Of a stretch of 64,000 nt of DNA, positions 51,540 through 62,068 are shown in pieces. This DNA comes from Nitrospirota bacterium (GTDB taxonomy: Bacteria > Nitrospirota > UBA9217). Position 1 is the stretch's first letter. The number at the start of each line of letters is the position of its first letter. Both the position numbers and the translations under genes were made by a program. Below the pieces are notes generated by a model. The model had not been told where the DNA came from and did not search any database. It saw only the letters and a program-made list of their open reading frames with translations. The stretch lies in contig CAVVUN010000015.1 of NCBI GenBank assembly GCA_963751455.1, forward strand, positions 972,304-1,036,303, read 5' to 3'.

Positions 51540-53060
51540 TTACCAGGCATAGGAAAGCGTGGCGCCGGAATACTGCCGGCGGTATCCCGAAGAACTTGCA
51601 AGTGCGGAATTGGAGTAGCCATAATCGAGGCCCAGAGACAAGTCACGGATAATAGTGCCCCATAACGAGATCTGAGCCAAAGAGGTGTTTGTCCGCTCAC
51701 CAGGCGTTACGCGCTGAGTTCCCGGGCCAGCTACGGTAAAGAAGCGCCAATCAGTACCAAGATGGCGGTTTAGCGAGAACAGCAGCTGTTCCTGATGGAA
51801 CCGTTCGGGGTTGAAATAGCCGATCGTATCGGTCCGGCTGTCTCCAAAATAACGAGCCTTTAACTGAACGCTCAGCCCAAGACTCTCCGCAACCAGTGCC
51901 CCGACTGAGGCGTTCCCTCCGATACGATTGTTTTCGTCACTGAAGGATTGACGGTAAGCTGATCCGGCAAGACTGAATCGGGTATTTGGTCGGTATTCAA
52001 TTGCGAATCCGGCGGTGTCCAGCCGGGTTCGGAGATCAATGGCGGCAAATGTTTCCACGGCCTCTCTGAGGATAAACGCCTCATACCGAAATTCGTCATC
52101 AGGCCGATAAACCCCGCTCGCCGACCACAGAACCGGGTGCCATTCATCATAGAATGCAGGTCCCATCTGGACGGAAAACCAGAATTTATCCTCGAGTCTT
52201 GATGAGTAGCGCGCCAGGATGCTGTTCATTGCCAGCTGACGCGTCGGCGACTCCATTCCCTGGTGCTGTGCCGCGAAACTGAGCGTACCGGCGCGCGATA
52301 ATCTTTTTCCCGCTGACAGTTCGGTTTTTCTGATGCGCAGATTGTCGCTGTCGCTGGTATATTCCGCGTGAAGGCTCAGCGGGTTCGCAGTTCCCGCATC
52401 CACTTCCTTACGGATGTCTTCCAACTCCTTGGCCATGCGTGTATCAGGCTCAACGGGAATCCCCTGATCAAGTAGCTCCGCGGCCTTGTCCGGCCATCCC
52501 GCCCACGACGCAGCTCGTGCCAGTTCTATTTTCTGGGCAGGCGATTGCACGAGGCCTCGCGATACGCTCCGATACGCCTTCATCGGCTTATTCTGAAAGG
52601 AGAGGCTTCTCATGAGACCTGCCGAGGCGACCGCGTGATCCTCGTCATTCAGCGGCCGGGACAGCAGAATGCTGTAAATATTTTCAGCATCCCCGTACTG
52701 CTCGAGCCACATCAACATTCTGGCGATGCCGAAGAGGGCAGTGCGTTTTTCGGTTTGGTCGTCGGCCAGCATGAGGGCCTCCCGAAAGTTCAAAAGCGCT
52801 TCTTCGGGCTGCTTCTCTATGGCTGATGCCTGAGCGACGCCGAAATATGCCTGGAAGGAAGGATTCTCGATGAGCAGGCGCTTGAAGGCAGTCAGCGCCG
52901 CTTTTGAATCCTGAGACCTTAACAGTGCTTGTGCCTGCTCGATCCGGCTCATGTAATCTTCAGTCGTTCCGCAGATTCCGGATACAGTCAAAGAAACAAA
53001 GATTACTGCAAAAAAGAGCCATCCTTTGGCAACGGTCTGGAGGCGTGACGTTCTGTCCAT
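51540..53060 (-). CDS. TPR-repeat plus C-terminal beta-barrel outer-membrane protein (PgaA/BcsC-like exporter)
   Basis: About 506 aa. Signal-like N-terminus, TPR-like helical repeats, then alternating beta strands ending ...ATLSYAW. The 5' end overlaps the upstream GT2 gene by about 58 nt. Confidence 0.65.
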   Translation of the reverse strand: MDRTSRLQTVAKGWLFFAVIFVSLTVSGICGTTEDYMSRIEQAQALLRSQDSKAALTAFKRLLIENPSFQAYFGVAQASAIEKQPEEALLNFREALMLADDQTEKRTALFGIARMLMWLEQYGDAENIYSILLSRPLNDEDHAVASAGLMRSLSFQNKPMKAYRSVSRGLVQSPAQKIELARAASWAGWPDKAAELLDQGIPVEPDTRMAKELEDIRKEVDAGTANPLSLHAEYTSDSDNLRIRKTELSAGKRLSRAGTLSFAAQHQGMESPTRQLAMNSILARYSSRLEDKFWFSVQMGPAFYDEWHPVLWSASGVYRPDDEFRYEAFILREAVETFAAIDLRTRLDTAGFAIEYRPNTRFSLAGSAYRQSFSDENNRIGGNASVGALVAESLGLSVQLKARYFGDSRTDTIGYFNPERFHQEQLLFSLNRHLGTDWRFFTVAGPGTQRVTPGERTNTSLAQISLWGTIIRDLSLGLDYGYSNSALASSSGYRRQYSGATLSYAW

Positions 53061-54355
53061 TTTGTACCCCATTGTTTTTTTAAAGACATGATTTCAGACG
53101 CGTAACCTGCCACGCACGCAGGCACCATGACTATCTGGTAACAGAAAGCGTACCAGATAAATGCGACGAAATTTCGCCTCACTTTCAATCCGCGAGACAG
53201 GAACATCCTCTGCTGAACATGAAACATAATATAATTGAGGAGAAGCGCAAGCGGCAGGACCGCGAGCGTGGTCGGTCCTGCGATAAAGTAGTGCCCGAAA
53301 AATGCCGCAACAAGCCCCGGGAGAAAAACAAACAGATAAACGACATCGAGTACGGGAAACAGGAGGTTCCAATAGATAAATAAAGTGCTTAATCGCGGGA
53401 TGAGAAGCACGTGGGGGTGGGATTTAAACCCCTCGATCATTCCCCTGGACCATCGACGGCGCTGCTGGTAAAATATTCCGTATTTCGTTGGAACGGTTGT
53501 AAAGCAGACGGCGTCCTCTGCAAATCCTATCCTCCCCCCGCGTCTCAGAAGCGCCCAGGTAAGGACGATGTCCTCTCCTATTTTGTCCGGCCACCCGCCT
53601 GCTTCGAGAACCGCCTGTTTTCGAAACAGGGAAAACGCGCCCTGCGCCACCAGCGTGCCCTGGTAGAGACTTTGGATCCGTTTGGCGGAGGCAATGCCAT
53701 GGAAATAATCCCATTCCTGCATGCGTGTGATCATGCTTTCACGTGAATTTCTCACCAGTACGGTCCCGGCCACTGCGACGGTATTCGTGGGGTCAGTAAG
53801 AAGCCGGCCGACGATCCGCTGGAGCGCCTGCTTATACAGATAGGTATCAGCGTCTATCGTTACGACGAGGTCATATGATGAAAGAGGGAGGCCACGGTTC
53901 AGCGCATTCGCCTTGCCGCCGTGATCAACTGCGATGACCCTTATACGGGGATCGGGGAACGAATTCAGAATGGTGAGCGTTCGGTCGGTCGAACCATCGT
54001 CGACGACTATGATCTCGAGCTGGGCGGGATAATCCTGCTTTAGTACGGATTCAACGCATCCGCGTAGCTGCTCTTCTTCGTTATATGCTGCAATCAGCAC
54101 CGTCAGGGGGGGATATTGCTCTAGAGGTTTCTGAGCGGGTCTGCGGTCCATGATGAGACTGAACAGGGTGAAAGCATACATGAACCCGGGAATCAGAGCG
54201 ATAGTGAGAATAAGGAACACTGCCAGCTGCCTTGGGACGATCAGCGAAAGCTGGTTAATCCATGGTTGCGCCCAGGTAGCGCAAAAAAAGAACCAGAGTG
54301 CCGCAACGATCACGGTAATTATGAATTTCAAGCGAACCGGGAAATAGAGCTTCAT
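53003..54355 (-). CDS. Membrane-embedded family-2 glycosyltransferase (PgaC / polysaccharide synthase-like)
   Basis: 450 aa. N- and C-terminal TM helices, DDGSTD, DAD, GEDIVLT, QQRRRWSRG (QxxRW) motifs; aggagg RBS. Confidence 0.85.
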   Translation of the reverse strand: MKLYFPVRLKFIITVIVAALWFFFCATWAQPWINQLSLIVPRQLAVFLILTIALIPGFMYAFTLFSLIMDRRPAQKPLEQYPPLTVLIAAYNEEEQLRGCVESVLKQDYPAQLEIIVVDDGSTDRTLTILNSFPDPRIRVIAVDHGGKANALNRGLPLSSYDLVVTIDADTYLYKQALQRIVGRLLTDPTNTVAVAGTVLVRNSRESMITRMQEWDYFHGIASAKRIQSLYQGTLVAQGAFSLFRKQAVLEAGGWPDKIGEDIVLTWALLRRGGRIGFAEDAVCFTTVPTKYGIFYQQRRRWSRGMIEGFKSHPHVLLIPRLSTLFIYWNLLFPVLDVVYLFVFLPGLVAAFFGHYFIAGPTTLAVLPLALLLNYIMFHVQQRMFLSRGLKVRRNFVAFIWYAFCYQIVMVPACVAGYASEIMSLKKQWGTKWTERHASRPLPKDGSFLQ

Positions 54356-54834
54356 TGTTGAACCTCCTGGATGGGACTACCCTGGTTCTACTACGGTTAA
54401 GGATGCCGAATAGGCTATTTTGGTTCGGCAGTGAGACGCATGAAAAGCGTATAATTTTGCGACGTTCTGTAAAGTAATCCGACAGCAATTTCGATGCCGT
54501 TGCCGGGAAGTTTAAGGTATCAATCACTTGCGCGTTTCTCCAACATCATCCCTGGTTGATAGTGTTTCTGAAGGAATCACTTGGTCTTGTACCGGCATTC
54601 TATCTTTAAAATGATTGTCTCCTATGGAAGCAGTGGACTTCGTGGAAAATGATAAAATCAGTCGATTCTTGTGATATAGCAACCGCCTTGAAACCGCTTC
54701 ATGATCCGGCGCATCGCGATAGTGGCTGTAACATCATGAACTGTTCTGTAACGGTGTCCCGGGTATTTAGTGATAAAGTAAAGATGGTTCTCTAAAAAAG
54801 TTTCATCCTATAAAGGAAGCTGCAGTGCTAAACA

Positions 54835-55895
54835 GTGCGTTTTATGAAACATGAACTGAATAGTGTCGTTAGAATAGACGGTTCTTTCGGCGAGGGTGGC
54901 GGACAGATGCTCCGAACAGCGCTTTCGCTATCCTGTGTGCTCCAAAGGCCATTCGAGATCATCAATATCCGGAAAGACCGTAAGAAACCCGGACTGCAAC
55001 CACAGCATCTGACAGCGGTCAAAGCGGCAGCTGCAATCAGCCAGGCCCGTGTAGAAGGGGCCGGATTGTCATCATCATACCTGCGGTTTTCGCCGGCAGC
55101 CGTCCTGAACGGAGAGTACCGCTTCGACGTCTCCGAAAAAAAAGGAGCGCAGGGAGCACCTCGCTCGTTCTGCAGACCGTAATGCTTCCGCTCTGTTTAT
55201 CATCTGCGTTCTCCACGGTAACGGTAATCGGCGGTACACATGTGCCTTGGAGCCCGGCATTTCATTATTTAGAACAGGTCTTTTTACCTTTTTTGTCGGG
55301 CACAGGCGTGTCTGTCGATGTTACTCTTGACACATGGGGCTGGTATCCTCTCGGCGGCGGAAAAGTCAGAGCGGAAATACGCGTACTCAAACACATTAAA
55401 CCTGTAAAGATTATGGAGAGGGGAGGGCTGAAACGAGTTATCGGAATATCCGCTACCTCGAACCTTCCGAAGGAAATAGGCATTCGGCAGTACAACAGAA
55501 CGCTCTCCAACTTGTCGCAAAGAGGAATTGCTGCCGATGTTCGGTTGCCGTACGCACCTTCATCGGGTAAAGGCACTCTGGTCTTTCTTTGTGCCGGATT
55601 CCAGAACCTGAATGCCGGATTTTTCAGCCTTGGCGCTCCGGGAAAGCGGGCTGAAACAGTTGCTGACGAGGCATGCTCTTACCTGTTTGACTACCTCGAT
55701 TCAGATGGAGCGCTTGATCCTCATCTTGCTGACCAGGTTATTCCGTATCTGGCGCTTGCCGGGTCTTCTGAGTTCAGTACAACCAATGTTACCGGTCATC
55801 TGATTACGAACATCCAGATAGTTAAAGAGTTTTTAAAAATAAACATAGCGATTGAAGGAAAGGAAGGAGAACCAGGTATTATTCGAATCGGGTAA
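54835..55895 (+). CDS. rtcA: RNA 3'-terminal phosphate cyclase, frame interrupted in an A8 run (55136-55143)
   Basis: [20 protein letters not shown]...KPGLQPQHL in ORF 54835-55182. [16 protein letters not shown] continues in the frame of ORF 55182-55895 ([16 protein letters not shown]). Start may be ATG 54844. Confidence 0.8.
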
Positions 55896-56065
55896 GTCAA
55901 CGTTTAGACCGGCTGAGAGGTCTCGAATTGGGGTTTAACCATAAGAGCTTGAACAACATAAAATTGCAACTTCAGATTGCTTTTTGGTATTTAATACGAT
56001 AGGATCAATAATTATTTGCGATATGGCATTTATTTATGATGTCGAAATAAAGAAAGGAGATATGA

Positions 56066-56521
56066 ATGGATAACCAAAATGAAAAGCATATGTACGATTC
56101 CGCAAACGCGTATTACCGGGGAGCTACCATCCTTATGAAGCAGACAACCGCAGCCGATCCCTCTCAACACTTGGTGCAGCCCGCAGTGACCTGCGCGTCT
56201 TTGTCGTTGAAATTATATCTTAAGTGTCTTCTGGCGCTGGAACAGAAAGACAGGGAGGATTCGATTTATAATATTGCGGAGTTGTATCAAAATCTGAATG
56301 ATGAGAAGAAAAAGCTGATTCTAGCAAAATTCGATGAATTCTCCAATACCCAGCTTTCGTCAGAGGAATTGTTAAAGCACCTCTCTTCCCTTGACAATGC
56401 CTTTAAAAAATGGCGGTATATTCACGAAGAAGATGCTCGAAGCGTCAATCTTGAAGATTTGGAAGAAATGATTCTGGCAGCGAAGGCGACCATTACTATG
56501 TCAAAGCCCGACTGGGAATAG
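56066..56521 (+). CDS. Hypothetical all-helical protein (orphan)
   Basis: 151 aa. Strong aaaggaga RBS; visibly lower GC than its neighbours; no confident family assignment. Confidence 0.6.
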   Translation: MDNQNEKHMYDSANAYYRGATILMKQTTAADPSQHLVQPAVTCASLSLKLYLKCLLALEQKDREDSIYNIAELYQNLNDEKKKLILAKFDEFSNTQLSSEELLKHLSSLDNAFKKWRYIHEEDARSVNLEDLEEMILAAKATITMSKPDWE

Positions 56522-56569
56522 AGTATGACACTGTTTGTGTCAATATTTTCAACGAACGGAGGAAAGGAT

Positions 56570-56971
56570 TCAGCCTGTCCGGGCACTGCTTTTTTTCACC
56601 TGTTTCGCGATTTGGACGCTGATTTCATAGCCGATACTTGCATGCCCCGGCGGGACCGTCATTCCATTGCAGCAGAGCTTTCCCTTTATAACTCTTTTGT
56701 TGCTCCTGATCATGTCTGCAACGATCGCTGTAAGATCGAATTCGCCGTCTTTACACTCATCCCGCATGCAATCCATATGAAAATAGGCATAGTCCTGAGG
56801 CAGGAAATGAAGCGTGCGAATCATAAGGATCGGCCTGGAACTTCGCTGATAGTACGTAAGACGAAAGACAATTTCGGAAACTCCGGGATACAGCTCCGAA
56901 ACAAGGCCGGCTTCGGCATGTTTTTTTTTCAATAACTCCTGTCTTTCCTGATGATTTTGCCCGTATATCAT
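56570..56971 (-). CDS. Hypothetical protein (orphan); strand assignment uncertain
   Basis: 133 aa. Better GC3 and amino-acid composition than the overlapping + strand ORF 56525-56935, but neither has a recognisable domain. Confidence 0.4.
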   Translation of the reverse strand: MIYGQNHQERQELLKKKHAEAGLVSELYPGVSEIVFRLTYYQRSSRPILMIRTLHFLPQDYAYFHMDCMRDECKDGEFDLTAIVADMIRSNKRVIKGKLCCNGMTVPPGHASIGYEISVQIAKQVKKSSARTG

Positions 56972-57212
56972 ATCTCTTTTGAACTCCCGAAATAAGCTGT
57001 TTTATGAAGCTGTTTAAAAGAATCGCACTATTACAACGATAAGTCAATATCTCCTTTGTTGCAATTTCCAAGCATCTGGGCGAAGAGGTACCGGACGCTC
57101 GTAAATCTTATTTGGACAATACAGCGTTTGTCGCAGTTCCAATAAGACCCGGTTTTCGCAATTGCAAATGCAGAAGATTTCGGGTATCGTGTAATCAACC
57201 CGCACGAATATC

Positions 57213-58520
57213 ATGAAGCCCCGCATACTTCTCGTTAATCCCTGGATCCACGACTTTGCTGCCTTTAATCTTTGGGCGCGCCCGCTCGGTTTGCTCAAAA
57301 TCGCCGAGCACCTAAGTCAGTTTGACGTTGAGCTCCTGTTTATCGACTGCACGGATTGCTTCGAGCCCAACCTGTATGGCATCGGAAAGTATAGGTCCCG
57401 AGATAATCAAAAAACCGGAAATAGTAGGGAACGTTCCGCGCCATTTCAAAAGATACGGGATGAGTGTAGATGAATTCAAGGCCTGTCTTCTTTCCTGCGT
57501 GCCTTTGGACCTCATACTTGTGACCTCCGTCATGACGTACTGGTATACCGGCGTACAGGAGACTGTTCGGCACATTCGGGAGTCGGCAGGCTCGGTCCCG
57601 ATCATGTTAGGGGGTATTTATCCGACAATCTATCCGGAACACGCATCGAAAAATTCCGGCGCTGACCGTACCTGGGTGGGGCCTCTTGACGATCGGATTC
57701 ATCAGGCTTTGGGAGACTTCGGTCTTGCCCTTTCTCCTGTCCGGCGGCCTCAAAGCTTTGCAGCAATGAATCTCTATTCCCGTCAGCCGTTTGCACCGCT
57801 TCTTACTTCAACGGGATGTCCGTATCACTGCTCCTACTGCGCATCGGGATCATTACACCCTGCATACCGGCGAACACCGGTCACTGATGTCATAGAGGAA
57901 ATCGCTGAACTCGCGGGCAGGGGGGTAAAGGATTTCGCTTTTTACGACGATGCGCTGCTGTACGATTCTGGCAATCACATAAAGCCGCTGCTCGAAGAGA
58001 TTATCAGACAAGGACTTGTTGTCAGGCTCCATGCGCCCAACGGGCTGCATGCCCGTTATATTAATGATGAACTGGCGGGACTCATGCGGGATGCGGGGTT
58101 CAGGACGATTCGTTTGAGCCTCGAGACAGTTGATCCCGAAAGACAGGAGATGACCGGCGGAAAAGTATTTACGAGCGACCTTGAGGCGTCGGTTAGGCAT
58201 CTGCAGAAGCACGGGCTTTACCAAAGACCAAACGGGGTTTACCTGTTATACGGTCTTCCCGGCCAGGGACTTGAGGAAGTCAGAGAGGGAATCCAATTTT
58301 TGAAACGCCTTCCCGTACGGATTTTTCTTGCCGAGTTTTCGCCGATCAAGGGGCACGGGGTGCTGGGACGACCTTGTTAAGAGGCAGTATCATCCCCGCG
58401 GATCTCGACCCGCTCTTGACGAACAATACGATATTTTCGTTTCTCTATTCACGGTATAACCAGGCAGAAGTCAAACAGATGAAGATCGATGTAGATGGAT
58501 ATAACTCTACAAAGCGATGA
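57213..58520 (+). pseudogene. B12-binding-domain radical SAM protein, readable only with about 3 frame changes
   Basis: N-terminus KPRILLVNPWIHDFAAFNLWARPLGLLKIAEHL. CPYHCSYCAS (CxxxCxxC) in the ORF 57322-58380 frame; the C-terminal IIPADLDPLLTNNTIF is in a third frame. Breaks near 57395, 58350, 58380. Confidence 0.75.
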
Positions 58521-58582
58521 CATTTCGACACTAAGTTCACTCGAAACATACGTGAAAGGAAACGAGATGCAGAATTCGCGGC

Positions 58583-59776
58583 ATGGATGTAGCGCTTCTC
58601 TTCAGCGCCAGAACGATAAGGCTTTTTGCTTACGGCGGGCTCTCGGTCATCCTCGCGCTGTATCTTCATGAAACGGGTCTCAGCGAGCCGAGATCGGCCT
58701 GCTTTTTACGCTGACATTGGCAGGCGACGCCGGAGATTTCGCTCTGGATCACGACCATTGCGGATAGGGTCGGCAGGAGGCGCATGCTCCTTCTTGGCGC
58801 GGCGTCTTATGATAATGGCGGGGATTGTGTTTAGCCTGACCGGAAATCCCGTGCTTCTTATGATAGCGGCCATTATCGGCGTGATAAGCCCGAGCGGAAA
58901 CGAGATCGGCCCTTTTCTCTCGCTCGAGCAGGCGGCCCTTTCTCAACTTTTGCCTTCCGAACGGCGGACCCGTATATTTGCCTGGTACAATCTGGCCGGG
59001 TCCCTTGCCGCGGCCGCAGGGGCGCTTGCAGGCGGCTTTCTGTCTCGCGGTTTCATGCAAGCAGGTTTTACTGAGCTTGGATCATATCGGGCGGTCATCC
59101 TCGGTTACGCCGCATGCGGGGTTGTGCTGCTGGTTCTTTTTCTATTTCTGTCTCAGCGGTGGAAACAGCGAGTACAATCAGGGATGACAAACTTTTTCTC
59201 GGTCTTCACAGGTCCAGAAGAGTTGTAATGAAACTGAGCGCGTTGTTCGCGCTCGACGCATTTGCGGGCGGTTTCATAATCCAGAGCATGGTGGCTTACT
59301 GGTTCCATGTGAAGTTCGGTCTCGACGCAGGACTTCTCGGAAGCATCTTTTTCGGCGCGAATATACTGGCCGGGCTGTCCGCACTCCTCGCTGCACGTCT
59401 TGCTTCCCGGATCGGTCTTATCAATACCATGGTCTTTACCCATATACCCTCGAACGTGCTTCTCTGCCTGGTGCCGTTCATGCCCACCCTCGGATGGGCG
59501 GTTGCGGTTTTGCTTCTGCGTTTCAGCATATCACAGATGGATGTTCCCACGCGGCAATCATACACCATGGCCGTTGTTTCTCCTGATGAGCGGTCCGCTG
59601 CATCCGGTGTTACTACAATTGCACGTTCCGTTGGTGCTGCAATTTCACCATCCCTGGCCGGGATACTTCTCGCTTATCCGGCACTGATAAGCGCTCCGTT
59701 TCTGGTTGCCGGCGGGCTCAAGATCGTATACGATCTTCTCTTGTACAGAAGTTTCCGGAAAGCGGACGTGCGATAA
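58583..59776 (+). pseudogene. MFS-type transporter, readable only with about 4 frame changes
   Basis: Hydrophobic MFS-like segments follow each other across frames (MDVALLFSARTIRLFAYGGLSVILALY / EIGLLFTLTLAGDA / ISLWITTIADRVGRRRMLLLGAA / LMIMAGIVFS... / LGLHRSRRVVMKLSALFALDAFAGG...). Breaks near 58690, 58733, 58805, 59155. Confidence 0.7.
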
Positions 59777-59783
59777 TTTCGCC

Positions 59784-59812
59784 TTGACTCTTGTCCGGCC
59801 TTGCGTGATAAT
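59784..59812 (+). promoter_or_regulatory. Candidate sigma70 promoter ahead of the transketolase/RLP genes
   Basis: TTGACT (59784-59789), 17-nt spacer, GATAAT (59807-59812); about 165 nt before ATG 59978. Confidence 0.4.
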
Positions 59813-59977
59813 CGGCTGCATGCAAAACCTTAATCAGGTGATTATTTTAGCCACGGATGCGCACCGATAAACACTGTTTATTCATGAGCACCGTTCATCA
59901 TTTTCTCGTTTCGAGGATCATGATCGGCTAACAGCCGTAGGTATAAACTATTCAGAAAAGAGAATTCAAAACAAGCC

Positions 59978-60911
59978 ATGGCAGGACGAGGTCCGAAGGG
60001 TCGCAGCGGGTATCCGCAGACGTGTGCTCGAGCATACCATAAATAATAACGGAGGATATCTCAGCCAGGCCTGTTCCGTCAGCGGAAATCCTGTCGACTC
60101 TATACGTATCGATCATGAATCTGGGAAAAATAGATACGCCGCTCGTACCAAAGCCGTTTCCCGGCGTCCCCGGCCCTCGGAATTCCGGCTATTTTACGGG
60201 CGGTTTCTTTAACGGTCCGGTTGAACCGGATTTTGATCGTTTTTTTCTCTCCCCGGCGCAATATGCGCTGGTGCTCTATGCCGCCCTGATAGAGACGGGC
60301 AGGATGGCTGAAGAAGGGCTTCTTCAGTTTAACAGGGACGGAAGTTCGGTGGAAATGATCGGCGCTGAGCATTCACCGGGAATGGAATCGATGACCGGTT
60401 CTCTCGGGCAGGGTATAAGTCAGGCCGCGGGTACCGCGCTTGCACGCAAGAAGAAGGGGGAGAGCGGAAGAGTTATTATCTTCATGTCGGACGGCGAATT
60501 CCAGATCGGCCAGACCTGGGAGGCGCTCCAGACAATGTCCTTTCACAAACTGGATAATGTAATCATCTATGTTGACGTGAACGGCTTTCAATGTGACGGA
60601 AAGATGTCGGCCGTCATGAATATCGAGCCCCTGGACAAGCGGCTCGAATCGTTCGGCGCCCGCGTCGTCCGACTTGACGGCCACGATATCGAACGCTTGG
60701 CCAAACCGGAAAGATTACCCCCGATGGCCGCCCCCTGGTTGTCGTAGCGGATACCGATGCGGCGCACGGTCTGAATGTACTGAAGGCGCGAGCGCCGAAA
60801 ATGCATTACGTGCGGTTTACGAACCAGGAGGAGAAGGGCCTCTATGCAGCCGCGTTCGCTGAATTACGGGGGACGGAACAGGTGCCCGCACAAACCGTAG
60901 AAGAAGACTGA
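59978..60911 (+). pseudogene. Transketolase N-terminal (TPP-binding) subunit, about 3 frame changes
   Basis: VRRVAAGIRRRVLEHTINNNGGYLSQACS / AEILSTLYVSIMNLGK...SPAQYALVLYAAL...GSLGQGIS...FMSDGEFQIGQTWEAL...VDVNGFQCDG / KITPDGRPLVVVADT. Breaks near 59982, 60080, 60705. Confidence 0.75.
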
Positions 60912-60948
60912 AGGGAAAAAGCATCAAGGTCCGCAAATCGTAACCAGA

Positions 60949-61848
60949 GTGCATGCAAAAAACCTCGTTCGATGGGCCGCGGATAAACCGAACGTCCTCG
61001 TTCTCTCTGCCGATCTCACGAGCTCTACCGAGATCGACCTTTTTCGTGAGACGTATCCCGACAGGTTTCTTTCCATGGGTATCGCCGAGCAGAATATGCT
61101 GAGCTTTGCGGGCGGACTGGCAAGAGAGGGTTTCCTGCCGTTTGTCCATACCTTCGCGGTGTTCATCTACAGGCGCGCCTTTGACCAGATAGCCATGTCC
61201 GTTGCCTATCCAAACCTCCGGTACGGATGATCGGTTTTCTTCCCGGCATTACCACGCCGGGAGGCGCGACCCATCAGGCCATTGAAGACATTGCGGTCAT
61301 GCGATCGCTCCCGAACATGACTGTCCTGGAATGCGGGGATGCAACCGAGGTTGAGACCGTGCTGGACGTGATCGAGAGGATTGACGGTCCCGTATATGTG
61401 CGGATGCTTCGCGGCGAGATCCCCCGACTTGTCCTCATCGGAACCAATGGTGCTCCATAAGCCAAGGGTGCTGTCCGAAGGGAGGGAGATCGTTGTGCTT
61501 TCGAGCGGCATCATGACCGAAGAGGCAATGCGGGCGGTTGAGGCACTGAAACGGCGCGGTGTCTCGATTCAACACATGCATATCTCGACGCTAAAGCCGT
61601 TTAACGATCAGCCGATATGGACGCTGTCGCCGGTCGCGCTTCGGCGCTGATCACGATGGAAAATCATACGATCGTCGGAGGACTGGGGCAGCATCATTGC
61701 GGAAAAGATGGCCGAAGCAAGGGAGTGGCGAAAAAGCTTGTTCAGAGTCGGTCTCCGCGATACTTTCAGCCACGGGGCCAGTAAACAGTATCTCATGAAG
61801 GAGCACCGGATGGATGCGACTTCACTTATCAAGAAGTGGAATTACTGA
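60949..61848 (+). pseudogene. Transketolase C-terminal (pyrimidine-binding) subunit, 4-5 frame changes
   Basis: LSADLTSSTEIDLFRETYPDRFLSMGIAEQNMLSFAGGLA / VRMIGFLPGITTPGGATHQAIEDIAVMR / VLSEGREIVVLSSGIM / DAVAGRASALITMENHTIVGGLG / SIIAEKMAEA. Breaks near 61218, 61430, 61615, 61687, possibly 61833 (the end may then be 61937). Confidence 0.75.
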
Positions 61849-62068
61849 TCGGCCAGAGGCTTGGTATTTCCGAAGATGAACTGGCGCAGACGCATGTCAC
61901 TGCCGTACATAGTATGGCAAAAGCCGAGGCGCTGTAGCTCAATGTACCCTGCTCTTGCGAAAGCGCGGGCATAAACCACTTGCAGAATTCGGACAGCGCG
62001 GCTGCACGGTCTTAACCTGTTCTTGTTTTATTGTGCCTTTGTGCTTCCGCGGTAAAGGTTTTGAATCC

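Noticed and set aside
54356-54834. Possible c-di-GMP riboswitch or other known leader upstream of the PgaC-like synthase
   Set aside because: I read the minus strand for GEMM-type conserved segments and found only generic hairpins (for example gccgaa...ttcggc). Nothing matched well enough to call without a covariance-model scan.
56525-56935. 136-aa + strand ORF starting 3 nt after the stop of the 151-aa orphan, overlapping the minus ORF 56570-56971
   Set aside because: Not fully rejected. Tight spacing suggests coupling. However, its third-codon positions are T-rich, it ends in MFFFQ, and the minus-strand frame has more gene-like composition. Needs strand-specific expression data.
61955-62068. 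38-codon upstream extension of the RLP ORF
   Set aside because: Cys/Arg-rich sequence with no RLP homology. The conserved RLP N-terminal region (ERFSVTYRL...EQTVEFP) begins just after ATG 62069.
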